In this document: positions 30,894 through 42,206 of the stretch, one piece after another
Layout of the letters: each line of letters begins with the position of its first letter
How positions within the stretch are numbered: position 1 is the first letter of the stretch
Source: Cyanobacteria bacterium P01_A01_bin.123
GTDB taxonomy: Bacteria; Cyanobacteriota; Cyanobacteriia; Phormidesmidales; Phormidesmidaceae
Length of the DNA stretch: 64,000 nucleotides
Assembly (NCBI GenBank): GCA_039815185.1
Contig: JBCBZT010000011.1
Span: 96,001 to 160,000 of the forward strand
Direction: 5' to 3'
The notes under the pieces: generated by a model
Databases searched by the model: none
The model's input: only the letters and a program-made list of their open reading frames with translations
What the model was told of the DNA's origin: nothing
Translations under genes and position numbers: made by a program

Positions 30894-31039
30894 ACAGTAG
30901 AAAACTGCACTATTGATAGCAAGCTGTTTCAGCAGGACTTTATCAAGCTGATTCAGCAGATGACTGTCCTAAAGCATCTACGGCTTGAGGCATCAAAAAC
31001 ACTTCTCCTTTTTAGCAATTTCTAGACCAGTAGCCTTCC

Positions 31040-31759
31040 CTAGACAACAACCGTAGCTCGCCCACAAAGTTCATTCGCAGGGACAGCTTCCATCATCTTT
31101 TTGGGATTCGGCAGGTTGAGATCGGTCATAAACTTGATAAAGCTTTGGCGATCGCGCAAGCCCTGATCCGTTGCTTCAAGATTGACAAACCGGGGGTTCC
31201 ATCGCTTTTCTTCACCAATGGTTGAGACCGTATGACCGCGATAGTCGTGGCCTGGGTAAATCAATGCCGTGTCAGGTAGGGTAAACAGCCGCTGCGTCAC
31301 TGAGTCATACAGCGTACCCGCGTTACCGCTTTGGAAGTCAGTGCGGCCACAGCCCCGAATGAACAACGCATCCCCAGTCAACACCCGATTATCGACCTGA
31401 TAAGCCATGTGGCTGTCGGTGTGTCCAGGGGTAGCAATGGCTTTTAAGGTAATCGCCCCTAATGTCAGATGTTCGCCATCGTCAATGTGGCGGTCGGCAC
31501 AGCTGACTTGGGCATGGCTAGGAACAATACCCAAGCAACCTGTCACAGCGCGTAGCTTATCTGCCCCGATAATATGGTCAGCATGGACGTGGGTTTCAAC
31601 GCAGTAGCGCAGGGCTAGCCCTAACTCTTTGAGGAGTTTAAGATCACGCTCAACTTGTTCCAGCACGGAATCGACCAGAATTGCCGCTTTCGAATCGGTG
31701 TCAGCAATTAGGTAAGTGTATGTACATGACTCTTGGTCAAATAATTGCCGGAATAACAT
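31040..31759 (-). CDS. MBL-fold persulfide dioxygenase (ETHE1-like)
   Basis: LFRQLFD..TYTYL, ETHVHADH, TPGHT, GCGRTDFQ, YPGHDY, AVPAN. Confidence 0.9.
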   Translation of the reverse strand: MLFRQLFDQESCTYTYLIADTDSKAAILVDSVLEQVERDLKLLKELGLALRYCVETHVHADHIIGADKLRAVTGCLGIVPSHAQVSCADRHIDDGEHLTLGAITLKAIATPGHTDSHMAYQVDNRVLTGDALFIRGCGRTDFQSGNAGTLYDSVTQRLFTLPDTALIYPGHDYRGHTVSTIGEEKRWNPRFVNLEATDQGLRDRQSFIKFMTDLNLPNPKKMMEAVPANELCGRATVVV

Positions 31760-31815
31760 GAGACTTTCCCCCTTTGCTGCATGACCTGTGAAATGAGTAC
31801 AGGCTATCCATCCCT

Positions 31816-31846
31816 AGACTAGGCAAACAGTTTGAGAAAGTTGTGA
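31816..31846 (-). promoter_or_regulatory. island box + -10 (persulfide dioxygenase)
   Basis: Minus strand TCACAACTTTCTCA (31846-31833), 11 nt, TAGTCT (31821-31816). Confidence 0.8.
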
Positions 31847-31869
31847 GATTTAGATCAACCCTTGAGTTT

Positions 31870-32091
31870 TCACGATGGAGACTGCACTTTAGCCATGGTG
31901 TCAATCAACGCTTCAATCGCCTGCAACGCATTGCCACCCCCCCTTTTTGCCAATGCTGAGAGGTTATGCGCTGACGTAAAATCGCTGGCTGGGACTTCGA
32001 CCCACCAAGCTTGAGGGCAGTGACCATAGACTGATCGAGTCAGTGCCAATAGCGAAGCCGGATCGCACAAGTGGCCCCAAGCTGGTATGAC
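31870..32091 (-). pseudogene. C-terminal fragment of second hydrogenase maturation protease (HoxW paralog)
   Basis: VIPAWGHLCDPASLLALTRSVYGHCPQAWWVEV aligns with HoxW in this window (VIPAGTHSNTPSVLLSLTQQLYGHHPQGWLLQV); N-terminal GxGxxxRGDD half is missing. Confidence 0.75.
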
Positions 32092-32156
32092 TGATCTCTT
32101 ACGCGTGCCAAGGTGTTTGCAACTCGCCAGCCTTGGCGAGTTGGGTTGCTACTTTG

Positions 32157-32250
32157 ATCATAGAAAAACAGTTTGAGGAATTTGTGTGGATTTGCGCTTC
32201 AAGAACGCTTTTAGACTCCTCACAACTTTCTCAATCTTTCTCATTAGGGT
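32157..32250. promoter_or_regulatory. divergent pair of island boxes (hoxW remnant / hypE unit)
   Basis: Minus: ACACAAATTCCTCA (32187-32174), 11 nt, TATGAT (32162-32157). Plus: TCACAACTTTCTCA (32220-32233), 11 nt, TAGGGT (32245-32250). Confidence 0.8.
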
Positions 32251-32350
32251 TGACTCAGTATGAGATCACCATGATCCTCAGCATTGAACCAGGTTCCGGG
32301 AATGAATGCCTTATCTCAGCAAGCCCAGCCGTTAGCAGCTCCCTAGTCTA

Positions 32351-32578
32351 TTGGCAGATAACGCGTTGCAAGTGCCAATTAGTGCTCTGTATCGCTGCGG
32401 TGAGCGCTGGTGCGTCTTCGTGATTGAGGCAGGTCGTGCTGACCCACGTGAAACTACTATTATCGGCCAGCGTAGTACTACGGCCGCCGTTGTCGAATCT
32501 GGCCTCCAGCCTGGAGAGCAAATCATCCTCCACCCCAGTGAGCAAATTGAGGCTGGTGATCAGGTTAAGCCGCGTTAG
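32351..32578 (+). pseudogene. C-terminal fragment of RND/ABC efflux periplasmic adaptor (HlyD family)
   Basis: ALQVPISALYR..W.VFV..GQRS..GLQPGEQIILHPS..GDQV is the typical adaptor C-terminus; only 75 aa. Confidence 0.75.
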
Positions 32579-32646
32579 CACATAGCAAGACCATCTTGCT
32601 CACTCAGAACCCCCATCTAACAACCAATAGCGCCCAACCTAAGCAT

Positions 32647-33684
32647 ATGCCACAATCCCCATTCGTCTCTTGTCCTATACCGCTTCAACATTATCCCCAA
32701 GTACTCTTGGCCCATGGGGGCGGGGGTCGCCTCATGCATCAGCTGATCGAAGACATGTTTTTGGCTACCTTCCAACCCGAACCTGCCTGGCAGCATGATG
32801 CCGCCGTCCTGACGCTATCGAATCAACGTCTAGCCTTTACCACCGATTCCTATGTAATCACGCCCCTGTTTTTCCCCGGTGGCGACATCGGTTCCCTCGC
32901 CGTCCACGGCACCGTCAACGACTTGGCCATGGCCGGAGCCAGACCTTGCTACCTTAGCCTCAGCTTCATCCTGGAAGAAGGGTTGCCCATGGAAATCCTC
33001 TGGCAGGTAGTTCAGTCGGTTCAAGCGGCAGCAAAACAATCCCAAGTGCATATTGTTACCGGAGACACCAAAGTCGTCGATCGTGGCAAAGGTGATGGCC
33101 TGTTCATCAACACGTCCGGGATTGGGACCTTAGAGCATAGTGGTTTCATTGGGCCCAGCAGCATACAGCCAGGTGATGTTGTCCTTCTCAGTGGCGACGT
33201 GGGGTGTCACGGTATTGCGATTCTCTCTGCTCGAGAGGGACTCGCCTTCGAGACCACCATCAAGAGTGATTCTGCACCAATAGCAGCAGCAGTCCTAGAT
33301 TTGCTCAAACAGGTTCCCGTCCATTGCCTGCGCGACCTCACCCGAGGGGGGATTGCTAGTGCCCTCAATGAAATTGCCCTAGCCGCAAAGGTGCATATTC
33401 AGCTAGAAAGCACCACTATCCCCATACAAGAAGAAGTACAAGGAGCTTGTGAATTATTAGGACTCGACCCACTTTATGTGGCCAATGAAGGCCGCTTTGT
33501 AGTATTTGTCCCGGCTGCTGTTGCAAGAACTGCCTTGGACTCCCTGCGGCAATATCATCCGTCTGCCGAAATCATTGGTAGTGTTGTTGACACTCAAAAG
33601 GCTCAGGTAACCTTGCGAAGCCCACTAGGGGTACAGCGTATCCTTGATTTACTTAGTGGCAAACAGCTTCCTCGTATTTGTTAG
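32647..33684 (+). CDS. hypE: hydrogenase maturation protein HypE
   Basis: [34 protein letters not shown]-terminal PRIC. Confidence 0.97.
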   Translation: MPQSPFVSCPIPLQHYPQVLLAHGGGGRLMHQLIEDMFLATFQPEPAWQHDAAVLTLSNQRLAFTTDSYVITPLFFPGGDIGSLAVHGTVNDLAMAGARPCYLSLSFILEEGLPMEILWQVVQSVQAAAKQSQVHIVTGDTKVVDRGKGDGLFINTSGIGTLEHSGFIGPSSIQPGDVVLLSGDVGCHGIAILSAREGLAFETTIKSDSAPIAAAVLDLLKQVPVHCLRDLTRGGIASALNEIALAAKVHIQLESTTIPIQEEVQGACELLGLDPLYVANEGRFVVFVPAAVARTALDSLRQYHPSAEIIGSVVDTQKAQVTLRSPLGVQRILDLLSGKQLPRIC

Positions 33685-33783
33685 CTATTCCTTCGCCGGA
33701 GACAACTTCGTTCCCTCCAGTTGTTCGTTCGCTCTAATTGCTTATCGATGAGATTGAGAGGATATTTTCCCTATGCAAAGCTG

Positions 33784-35058
33784 CTATGGATTTTCTTCAA
33801 GGAAGGTCAACTGTTCTTTGATAGCTTCTAACAACTCTGGCTGCTCTTGTGCGATCGCTAGATCTCTAGCTGTTTTCAAAACCTCTAAAGCCTCTCCATC
33901 CCTTTTCATCTGAATTAAAGAAACACCCAGGCTGAAATGAATATTGGCATCCTCTGGAGCTAAATATTTTGCTTCCTCATAATTTAAGATAGCTTGCTCA
34001 AATTGCTCGGTCTCAAACAATGCAAAGGCTAATGCACTATAGGTTCTCGCCTGGAAGGGATTAATTTCTATGGATTGCTGGAAGTTTGCGATCGCGCCGT
34101 AATAGTCTTCTTGTTCAGTCAAGAGGAGTCCCAAATTGTAATAAATAGCGGCTCCCTCAGGATGAATCTCTAGCGCCCGTTCATACTTTGTTGCAGCTGC
34201 CGATAGATTCCCTTGATTTGTTAACGCAACGCCCCAGGCATTATAGGCTGTTGATAAATTCGGATCTAGAGATAGCGCCTTTTCAGCCGCCACAATCGCT
34301 GCATCAAAACTCCCTTGCCTCGCCAGGGCAAAGCTCAAGGTGGCGTAAGCATCGGCATCCCTAGAGTCTTGAGAGATTGCCTCTTCTGCGGCCGCGATCG
34401 CTTCTTCATAACGCTCTTGTTCTGCTAGGACGTTGCTCAGTTCACTGTAGGCTCCGGCAATTTCAGGCGCGATAGAAATGGCCGTTCTAATAGCAGCTTC
34501 CGCCTCAGAAAATCGTCCCATTTGTGTTAGAGCTTCGCCGAGCAGCAGATGCCCTTGAGGCTGCTCGGCATCAGCTTCTAAAGCTTGTTTTACAGCAATT
34601 TCAGCGCGATCGTACTCCTTATTTTCCAAGTAGGTTTGGGCAGTTTGAAAATGGCGTTGATAATCGGATGAGGAATCATTGGCTGAAGGTACCGGAGGTA
34701 TTTCGTCTGATGAGGTTGCCGGAAGCGTTTCGGAAGATGTAAACAGCTTGGGTAATTTTGACCAGTCGATGGTGAGTGCGATGGCAATCACCAGTACCCA
34801 AATCCATAGCGTTGGATCTGTTGGTGAAGGCAGTTTTCTCTTTCTTGAGGTCATGGCTTCAAGGGGGAGTTTAGTTTTGCGATCGAGACTCCTATGAGGA
34901 TTGACGGGCATCGCGATAGCTAAGCGTTCGTTCGAGGTATATTGCTGAGTTCGATCAACCTGGTTGACTGACAAAAGCTGTTTGTCAAATACTCCGAATG
35001 TCTGCAATTCGAAGATCTGAGCGACATGGAAAAACTGGGTAGGAACCTCACTCCTCAC
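33784..35058 (-). CDS. membrane-anchored TPR protein
   Basis: One TM helix followed by many TPR repeats; true start may be ATG 34911. Confidence 0.85.
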   Translation of the reverse strand: MRSEVPTQFFHVAQIFELQTFGVFDKQLLSVNQVDRTQQYTSNERLAIAMPVNPHRSLDRKTKLPLEAMTSRKRKLPSPTDPTLWIWVLVIAIALTIDWSKLPKLFTSSETLPATSSDEIPPVPSANDSSSDYQRHFQTAQTYLENKEYDRAEIAVKQALEADAEQPQGHLLLGEALTQMGRFSEAEAAIRTAISIAPEIAGAYSELSNVLAEQERYEEAIAAAEEAISQDSRDADAYATLSFALARQGSFDAAIVAAEKALSLDPNLSTAYNAWGVALTNQGNLSAAATKYERALEIHPEGAAIYYNLGLLLTEQEDYYGAIANFQQSIEINPFQARTYSALAFALFETEQFEQAILNYEEAKYLAPEDANIHFSLGVSLIQMKRDGEALEVLKTARDLAIAQEQPELLEAIKEQLTFLEENP

Positions 35059-35429
35059 TTTTGCTGACTCAGATCTGACAGTTACCCTGAGTTGGCAAAT
35101 TTTCGATTCGATCTAGCCGGTCGGTTATTGTCGCGATCGCCCCCGTCTTCATCAACAATCCTAGTACATTCGCTCAGGCTTGCAAAGACAGAACCTTAAG
35201 ACTGGTCAGCATGCGATCGCAGCCGTCGTCAGCATCGGCCCCGTTAAACATGCCTGTGCCATCCCCTGCCAGTTTCTTTGGAAGGCTTATCTAGTCCAGA
35301 AAGCCAAGCTGGATCAGGAAAAGATCGAAGTGCTTGTGGCTTAGGTTAGGAAAACGTTATTTAAGAAATTGAACCTACTGCCAATTCTGTTCAATTCGCC
35401 TGGTAGGCTGTGAAACGCTAACAAGCGAG

Positions 35430-36551
35430 ATGAGGATAGAAACGGCCATGGGTGAGGCAACAGGCGATGCTAGACGAATTGGCATTTTGACCAGTGGCGG
35501 TGATTGCGCTGGGCTAAACGCGGCAATTCGTGCCGTCACCCGTCGGGCAATTGGCACCTACGACTGGGAGGTGTTTGGCATTTGCCGAGCAACCCATGGC
35601 CTGATGGCCCGACCCCCTGAGGCAATGCAGTTTAGCCGCCGCCATTCCTATTCCCTGCGAACCATGGGGGGCACTGTCTTGGGGACAACCAATAAGGGCA
35701 ATCCGTTTGCTTTTCCCATGGCGGATGGGTCGGTACGCGATCGCTCGGAGGAGATCATTGCCGGCTACTACGAGCTGGGCTTAGATGCGTTGATTGGTGT
35801 GGGGGGCGATGGTAGTTTGGCAATTTTACGGAAGCTGGCCCAGCAAGGCAATATCAACCTGGTGGCCATTCCCAAAACCATCGACAACGATTTAGGCAGT
35901 ACGGAACGCTCGATTGGATTTGATACGGCGGTAAACATTGCCACTGAAGCCCTCGATCGCCTCCATTTCACAGCAGCTAGCCACTCGCGGGTGATGATTT
36001 TAGAGGTGATGGGTCGTGATGCTGGGCACATTGCCCTAAATGCAGGCATTGCTGGCGGTGCCGATATTATTTTGATTCCAGAAATTTCCTACACGATTGA
36101 GAAAGTTTGCGACGCGATCGCGCGAATTAGTGACCGGGGCCGCAACTTTGCCCTGATGGTTGTCGCCGAAGCAGTGTGCGACGAAAATGGCCAAAAGGTT
36201 AAGCAAAGGGATCGACAGGGCCACAACCGTTTGGGGGGCATTGGTCAGTACCTAGCGGATCGAATTTCTGGGTGTAGCGGGGCAGAGACTCGCGTGACGG
36301 TGTTGGGCCATGTGCAGCGGGGCGGCACCCCATCACCGTTAGATCGGGTGTTGGCCAGTGCTTTTGGGGTGGCCGCCGTGGATTTAATCGCTGAGGGCAA
36401 ATATGACCACATGGTGAGCTGGCAAAACCGTCAGATTGTGAGTGTGCCCATTCAAGATGCGATCGCCCAGTATCGAGCCGTTGATCCAGACGATACGCTA
36501 GTGAAAACTGCGCGGGCAATTGGTATTAGCTTTGGCGATGCAGAATTCTGA
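35430..36551 (+). CDS. pfkA: 6-phosphofructokinase, PfkA family (copy 2)
   Basis: TSGGDCAGLNA, GGDGS, PKTIDND, MGRDAG, LGHVQRGG. Confidence 0.95.
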   Translation: MRIETAMGEATGDARRIGILTSGGDCAGLNAAIRAVTRRAIGTYDWEVFGICRATHGLMARPPEAMQFSRRHSYSLRTMGGTVLGTTNKGNPFAFPMADGSVRDRSEEIIAGYYELGLDALIGVGGDGSLAILRKLAQQGNINLVAIPKTIDNDLGSTERSIGFDTAVNIATEALDRLHFTAASHSRVMILEVMGRDAGHIALNAGIAGGADIILIPEISYTIEKVCDAIARISDRGRNFALMVVAEAVCDENGQKVKQRDRQGHNRLGGIGQYLADRISGCSGAETRVTVLGHVQRGGTPSPLDRVLASAFGVAAVDLIAEGKYDHMVSWQNRQIVSVPIQDAIAQYRAVDPDDTLVKTARAIGISFGDAEF

Positions 36552-36867
36552 AGCGACTATAACGAGTCTCACGTTTTGTCCGACGTAATCTGGCCTTTGC
36601 CAAGACCCTCCGCCCTTGGGCAGATGATTTCATCAGTAAATCTGCGATAGCAACAGAGTTACCGAACCGGATTCTGAATCGGTTATAGCGAAGCATCTTT
36701 GCCGACGCTTTGCGTTCGCAGCAGTAATCTTTTCATTTCAATTGCCTCTAGAAAATCTATAGATAAGACAGAATGGATATATGAGTAGGGCTGTCCGCAG
36801 TGCCCCAACTGTCGATAGGGGATGAGTGATCGCTGTTGAAAGAGGAGTCCTGCACCTCCACAGCACC

Positions 36868-37029
36868 ATGGATGCCTCAATTAAGGAGCAAGAGCTGCTC
36901 CGGAAAAATCAATCTCTACGTCGAGAAAACCAGTTGCTCCGGGACGAAATCGCCCGCCTTAAATCAGATCTAACCCGCCTCCAACGGGTTATCTATCGAC
37001 TAGCAGTAGTGGCTAGACGTCATCTGTGA
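36868..37029 (+). CDS. small coiled-coil protein
   Basis: Leucine heptads LRKNQSLRRENQLLRDEIARLKSDL; start uncertain (36826 or 36868). Confidence 0.5.
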   Translation: MDASIKEQELLRKNQSLRRENQLLRDEIARLKSDLTRLQRVIYRLAVVARRHL

Positions 37030-37189
37030 GGCCGTCAAAGCAGAGCTAGACCAAGCTTGATGGGCGATAGCCTAACCCCGTGACAATTGTTCTTGCAAAC
37101 CCTTTTGACCCAATGACCTTGGCGAGTCAAATTACGGGCTTTTTGGGATGGTAGTTGTGAACTGGATTTTTGCACTAGGGTTGAAATCC

Positions 37190-37220
37190 CCACAACATCC
37201 TCATACTTTCTAGTTATTAA
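37190..37220 (+). promoter_or_regulatory. island box (response regulator gene)
   Basis: CCACAACATCCTCA (37190-37203), 11 nt, TATTAA; followed by 16-bp tandem duplication 37212-37243. Confidence 0.65.
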
Positions 37221-37322
37221 TCCATTAAGTTATTAATCCATTAACTGTGCTTCATGACATGAGAGTAACCTTTCTTACTCCATGAGGGGAAACCCTCATC
37301 AGTAGAGATACTGGGAAAAGAT

Positions 37323-37787
37323 ATGTATGAATTGCAGCTAATACAACGCACTACTCCCAAAGTGTTAATGCAGTCTCATTGCTTACTTCGGTTACTCCTG
37401 CTTCGGTTACTCCTGATTGAGGATGTCGATGACCTCCAGGCTATTATTCAGTTCAGCTTGGAAGCGATCGTGGGATGTCAGCTCACTTCGACTAAATCAA
37501 CCCAAGATTGGTTGAAAGTATTACAAGATAGTGCACCTGACGTGATTCTTTTAGATGGACAATCCAATAGTGCTCATATTTTGTCCCAGCTTAAAAAAAG
37601 TTGGTTGACGCGAGACATCCCCGTCGTTTGCCTGGTTTCGCGCGATCGCATGGATGATCAGTTACAGGCCAAACAAGCAGGAGCCGCTGCCATTGTGGCT
37701 AAACCCTTTGATCCGGGCTTTTTAGTAGAGATAATTTTGAGCATCGTTGGACCGCATTCCCCTCAACGGAATTTTTCATCTTCATAA
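37323..37787 (+). CDS. single-domain response regulator (receiver only)
   Basis: LLIED, PDVILLD, IPVV, AKPFD; no output domain; start may be 37368. Confidence 0.85.
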   Translation: MYELQLIQRTTPKVLMQSHCLLRLLLLRLLLIEDVDDLQAIIQFSLEAIVGCQLTSTKSTQDWLKVLQDSAPDVILLDGQSNSAHILSQLKKSWLTRDIPVVCLVSRDRMDDQLQAKQAGAAAIVAKPFDPGFLVEIILSIVGPHSPQRNFSSS

Positions 37788-37812
37788 CATCCTCATACTC
37801 TCTGGATAATTT
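37782..37812 (+). promoter_or_regulatory. island box + -10 (IF7-like gene / atp region)
   Basis: TCATAACATCCTCA (37782-37795), 11 nt, TAATTT (37807-37812); contains the regulator's stop codon. Confidence 0.8.
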
Positions 37813-37879
37813 AATAGCTGAAAGGAGTTCTCAACCGAATCCACTTTGACTCCGTAGCTATTGATTAAAGGAGAGAGAG

Positions 37880-38125
37880 ATGTCTACTCAGGAAACAGCC
37901 CGTCAGAACATAGCTCAACAGCGGCAACATCAAAAACACCAAACACAATCAATGCTAGAGCGAACCGAAGCGGAATCTGCTGAGATCAACGACGTTGAAA
38001 TTCAAGAAGAAACTCGTGAAGCACTCACTCGGGGACGCCAGAAAGAGCAGCATACCGTCCAGTCTATGCAGCGTCGCTTGATAGATGAAGTCGAAGGTTC
38101 TAAAGAATTAGGTGATCCTAATTAA
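37880..38125 (+). CDS. IF7/GifA-like small protein with two tandem modules
   Basis: AAGGAG RBS; MSTQETAR..Q..K...QSMLER..AE resembles the glutamine synthetase inactivating factor IF7 N-terminus. Confidence 0.6.
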   Translation: MSTQETARQNIAQQRQHQKHQTQSMLERTEAESAEINDVEIQEETREALTRGRQKEQHTVQSMQRRLIDEVEGSKELGDPN

Positions 38126-38262
38126 ATAGCACAAGCGTTGACTCCAGTCAGTGGATAATCTTTTCTGAGCTAAAGACTCAATACTCCGAAGGGGATAAAG
38201 CTTTAGCAATCACTCGATCAATTTTCAAGCCTGAAAGCATAGCATTTCAGGAGGTTTATAAG

Positions 38263-38492
38263 ATGAAAGAAAGAAAATATCAAAATAGCTTCTTGAAGGA
38301 TTTTTTGGCCTATCTTAACCAGCCATTGTTTGATAAAAATAAGCGTACCTACTTCAATCCGCTAACCTTTAGAAAGGTCTCTAACGTTAAATTGCTAGAA
38401 CGATGCTGGCAGCTTGACTATGAGATAGAGGCATATCGTTTACGATTAGAATTTCGTTGGCAAGAGATAGGTCTTTTATTAGGAATATCGCC

Positions 38493-38496
<4 letters not shown>
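38263..38496 (+). CDS. hypothetical protein
   Basis: AGGAGG RBS, 77 aa, ATGA overlap with next ORF. Confidence 0.65.
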
Positions 38497-40036
<1,540 letters not shown>

Positions 40037-40145
40037 TCAAGCAGCATCGCCCCCCACTCCCCTCTGCCTCCCTTACTCCCCCACTCTCTTCTGCCTCCCG
40101 TCCCCATTCCCCTACTCCCTACCTCCCCTACTCCCCCACTCCCCC

Positions 40146-40538
40146 ATGCACCACAAGCTCCTCCTCCCCACCCACGTCCTCATTGACCAACCCGTCACAA
40201 AAGTCATTGCCGAAGCTGAAAACGGAGCTTTTTGCCTACTCCCCCACCACATTGATTTCCTCGCAGCTTTAGTACCGGGTATTCTGACCCTGCAAACACC
40301 TGAGGGAGCAGAAATCTTCCTGGCTGTAGACCGGGGCATTTTGATCAAATGCGGGGCAGAGGTATTGATTTCGACTCGCAATGCCTTTCGGGGAAGTCAC
40401 CTGGAGGCATTAAAGCGGGAGGTTGAACAGCAGTTTTACACGATGGACGAACAGGAGCGTCGGGCGCGCACTGCGATCGCGCGGATGGAGGCTAGTTTGG
40501 TACGTCAGTTCACAGCCCTCGCCACGGAGGCAGGTTAA
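40146..40538 (+). CDS. atpC: N-ATPase epsilon subunit
   Basis: KVIAEAENGAFCLLPHHIDF..LVPGIL; ATG 40146 after C-rich repeat. Confidence 0.9.
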   Translation: MHHKLLLPTHVLIDQPVTKVIAEAENGAFCLLPHHIDFLAALVPGILTLQTPEGAEIFLAVDRGILIKCGAEVLISTRNAFRGSHLEALKREVEQQFYTMDEQERRARTAIARMEASLVRQFTALATEAG

Positions 40539-40832
40539 ATGTCAAAGCCACATCCCGATCAGCATTCTTTTCTAGAGGGCATCGGTGGCAAAGCCGATCG
40601 CAAGCTTAAGGCCCGCCGCACCCGCAAACAGGTGTGGTTTGCCCTGGGGATGTTTGGCATGGTGGGCTGGGCGGTGACGCTGCCGACGATGATGGGGATT
40701 GCCCTGGGGGTTTGGATTGATCGCCAGGTAGACAGCCCATATTCCTGGACATTAATGCTGTTGGCCGTGGGGGTAGGTCTAGGGTGTTGGAATGCCTGGT
40801 ACTGGGTGACGAAGGAGAGTCAACGTGATTGA
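40539..40832 (+). CDS. atpQ: N-ATPase AtpQ (AtpZ/AtpI family)
   Basis: KADRKLKAR..LGMFGMVGW..W.D..SWTL..GCWNAWYWV. Confidence 0.88.
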   Translation: MSKPHPDQHSFLEGIGGKADRKLKARRTRKQVWFALGMFGMVGWAVTLPTMMGIALGVWIDRQVDSPYSWTLMLLAVGVGLGCWNAWYWVTKESQRD

Positions 40833-40874
40833 AGCTGAGTTTACTCTGCCGCTGGAAATGCGGAGGCAATTGGT

Positions 40875-41201
40875 ATGAACAGTGGCTTATTCAGTCTGGC
40901 GCTACTGCTTTTAGCGGGCTTGAGCTTAGGAAGTGTTTACTTTGGAGGGCTTTGGATCACCCTACGGCGTCTGCCCCGGTGGCGTCGCCCTTTCCTGCGC
41001 ATGGGGCTTAGCCTGCTTAGCCGACTGGCTGTTTTACTCGGGGGCGGGGCTTGGTTATTGCAACATGCCATTGCCCCACCCCTAGCGGTGATCTTGCTGA
41101 TCAGCGTTGGGGTTTGGCTCAGCCGGACGCTACTGATTGCTCAACTGTTAACAACCGTAGAACGCTCGACTAAGACTGTTCATCCTGCTGCTCATCATTA
41201 G
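40875..41201 (+). CDS. atpR: N-ATPase AtpR subunit
   Basis: GSVYFGGLWITLRR, SLLSR; position between atpQ and atpB. Confidence 0.85.
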   Translation: MNSGLFSLALLLLAGLSLGSVYFGGLWITLRRLPRWRRPFLRMGLSLLSRLAVLLGGGAWLLQHAIAPPLAVILLISVGVWLSRTLLIAQLLTTVERSTKTVHPAAHH

Positions 41202-41215
41202 AGGGGCGATCGCTC

Positions 41216-41932
41216 ATGAATCTCACTCCCGATCAAATTCCAATTCATTTGGGACCTATTATCCTCAACGCCACCCTCGTATTTACCTGGTTTGTCATGG
41301 GGCTGCTAATCCTATTGTCCTGGTGGGTGACGCGAAATCTTTCTGCTTCAACCCGAATGTCACCCGGGCAAAACCTGCTGGAGGTGTTGGTATTAGGTAT
41401 TGGCAACCAAATTCGCGACATCAGTGAGCAAGAACCTGCCCCCTACCTGCCCTTTGTCGGGACACTATTTATTTTTATCGCCGCCTCAAATCTGCTCAGC
41501 ATTCTGCCCGGCTACCAACCCCCCACCGGGTCGCTGTCAACAACGGCGGCACTAGCCATTTGCGTATTTGTTGCGGTGCCCCTGTATGGCATTCGTCAGC
41601 GGGGTTGGCGGTCGTACCTAAAACAGTATGTGGAACCCACCCCCATCATGCTGCCGTTTAACCTCATCAGCGATGTATCGCGGATTATTTCTTTGGCGGT
41701 GCGGCTGTTTGGCAACGTGATGAGCGGCACCATGATTGTGGCCATTTTGCTCTCCATCGCACCCCTGATATTTCCAGTTGTGATGCAGGCGTTTGGACTG
41801 CTCACTGGGTTGATTCAAGCCTATATTTTTGCGGTATTGGCGATGGTGTTCATTGCAGCGGCGACTGAGGTTCACGCCTCAACTGATTCATCCAATCATT
41901 CAGACAATTCTGTGGAGGTTTCCAATGGATAA
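41216..41932 (+). CDS. atpB: N-ATPase a subunit
   Basis: SLAVRLFGN with essential Arg, IQAYIFAVL. Confidence 0.95.
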   Translation: MNLTPDQIPIHLGPIILNATLVFTWFVMGLLILLSWWVTRNLSASTRMSPGQNLLEVLVLGIGNQIRDISEQEPAPYLPFVGTLFIFIAASNLLSILPGYQPPTGSLSTTAALAICVFVAVPLYGIRQRGWRSYLKQYVEPTPIMLPFNLISDVSRIISLAVRLFGNVMSGTMIVAILLSIAPLIFPVVMQAFGLLTGLIQAYIFAVLAMVFIAAATEVHASTDSSNHSDNSVEVSNG

Positions 41933-42203
41933 TGTGGCGCTTGTCGGCATGGCTTCGATTGTGATTGCGGGGTTAACTATTGCCATTGGCTCCATTGCGC
42001 CGGCTCTTGGAGAAGGGCGCGCTTTAGCTCAGGCCCTGACTGCCCTAGCCCAGCAACCGGACGAAGCCAACACGATTACCCGCACCCTGTTTGTCGGTAT
42101 GGCTTTGGTAGAATCGACAGCCATTTACTGCTTTGTGATTACGCTGATTTTAATTTTTGCCAATCCGTTTTGGGCCTATGTGACTACTCAGGCAGGAGGG
42201 TAA
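41925..42203 (+). CDS. atpE: N-ATPase c subunit with Na+-ligand set
   Basis: GGAGG RBS; ALGEG (Glu in helix 1), QQP loop, ESTAIY. Confidence 0.95.
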   Translation: MDNVALVGMASIVIAGLTIAIGSIAPALGEGRALAQALTALAQQPDEANTITRTLFVGMALVESTAIYCFVITLILIFANPFWAYVTTQAGG

Positions 42204-42206
42204 TCC

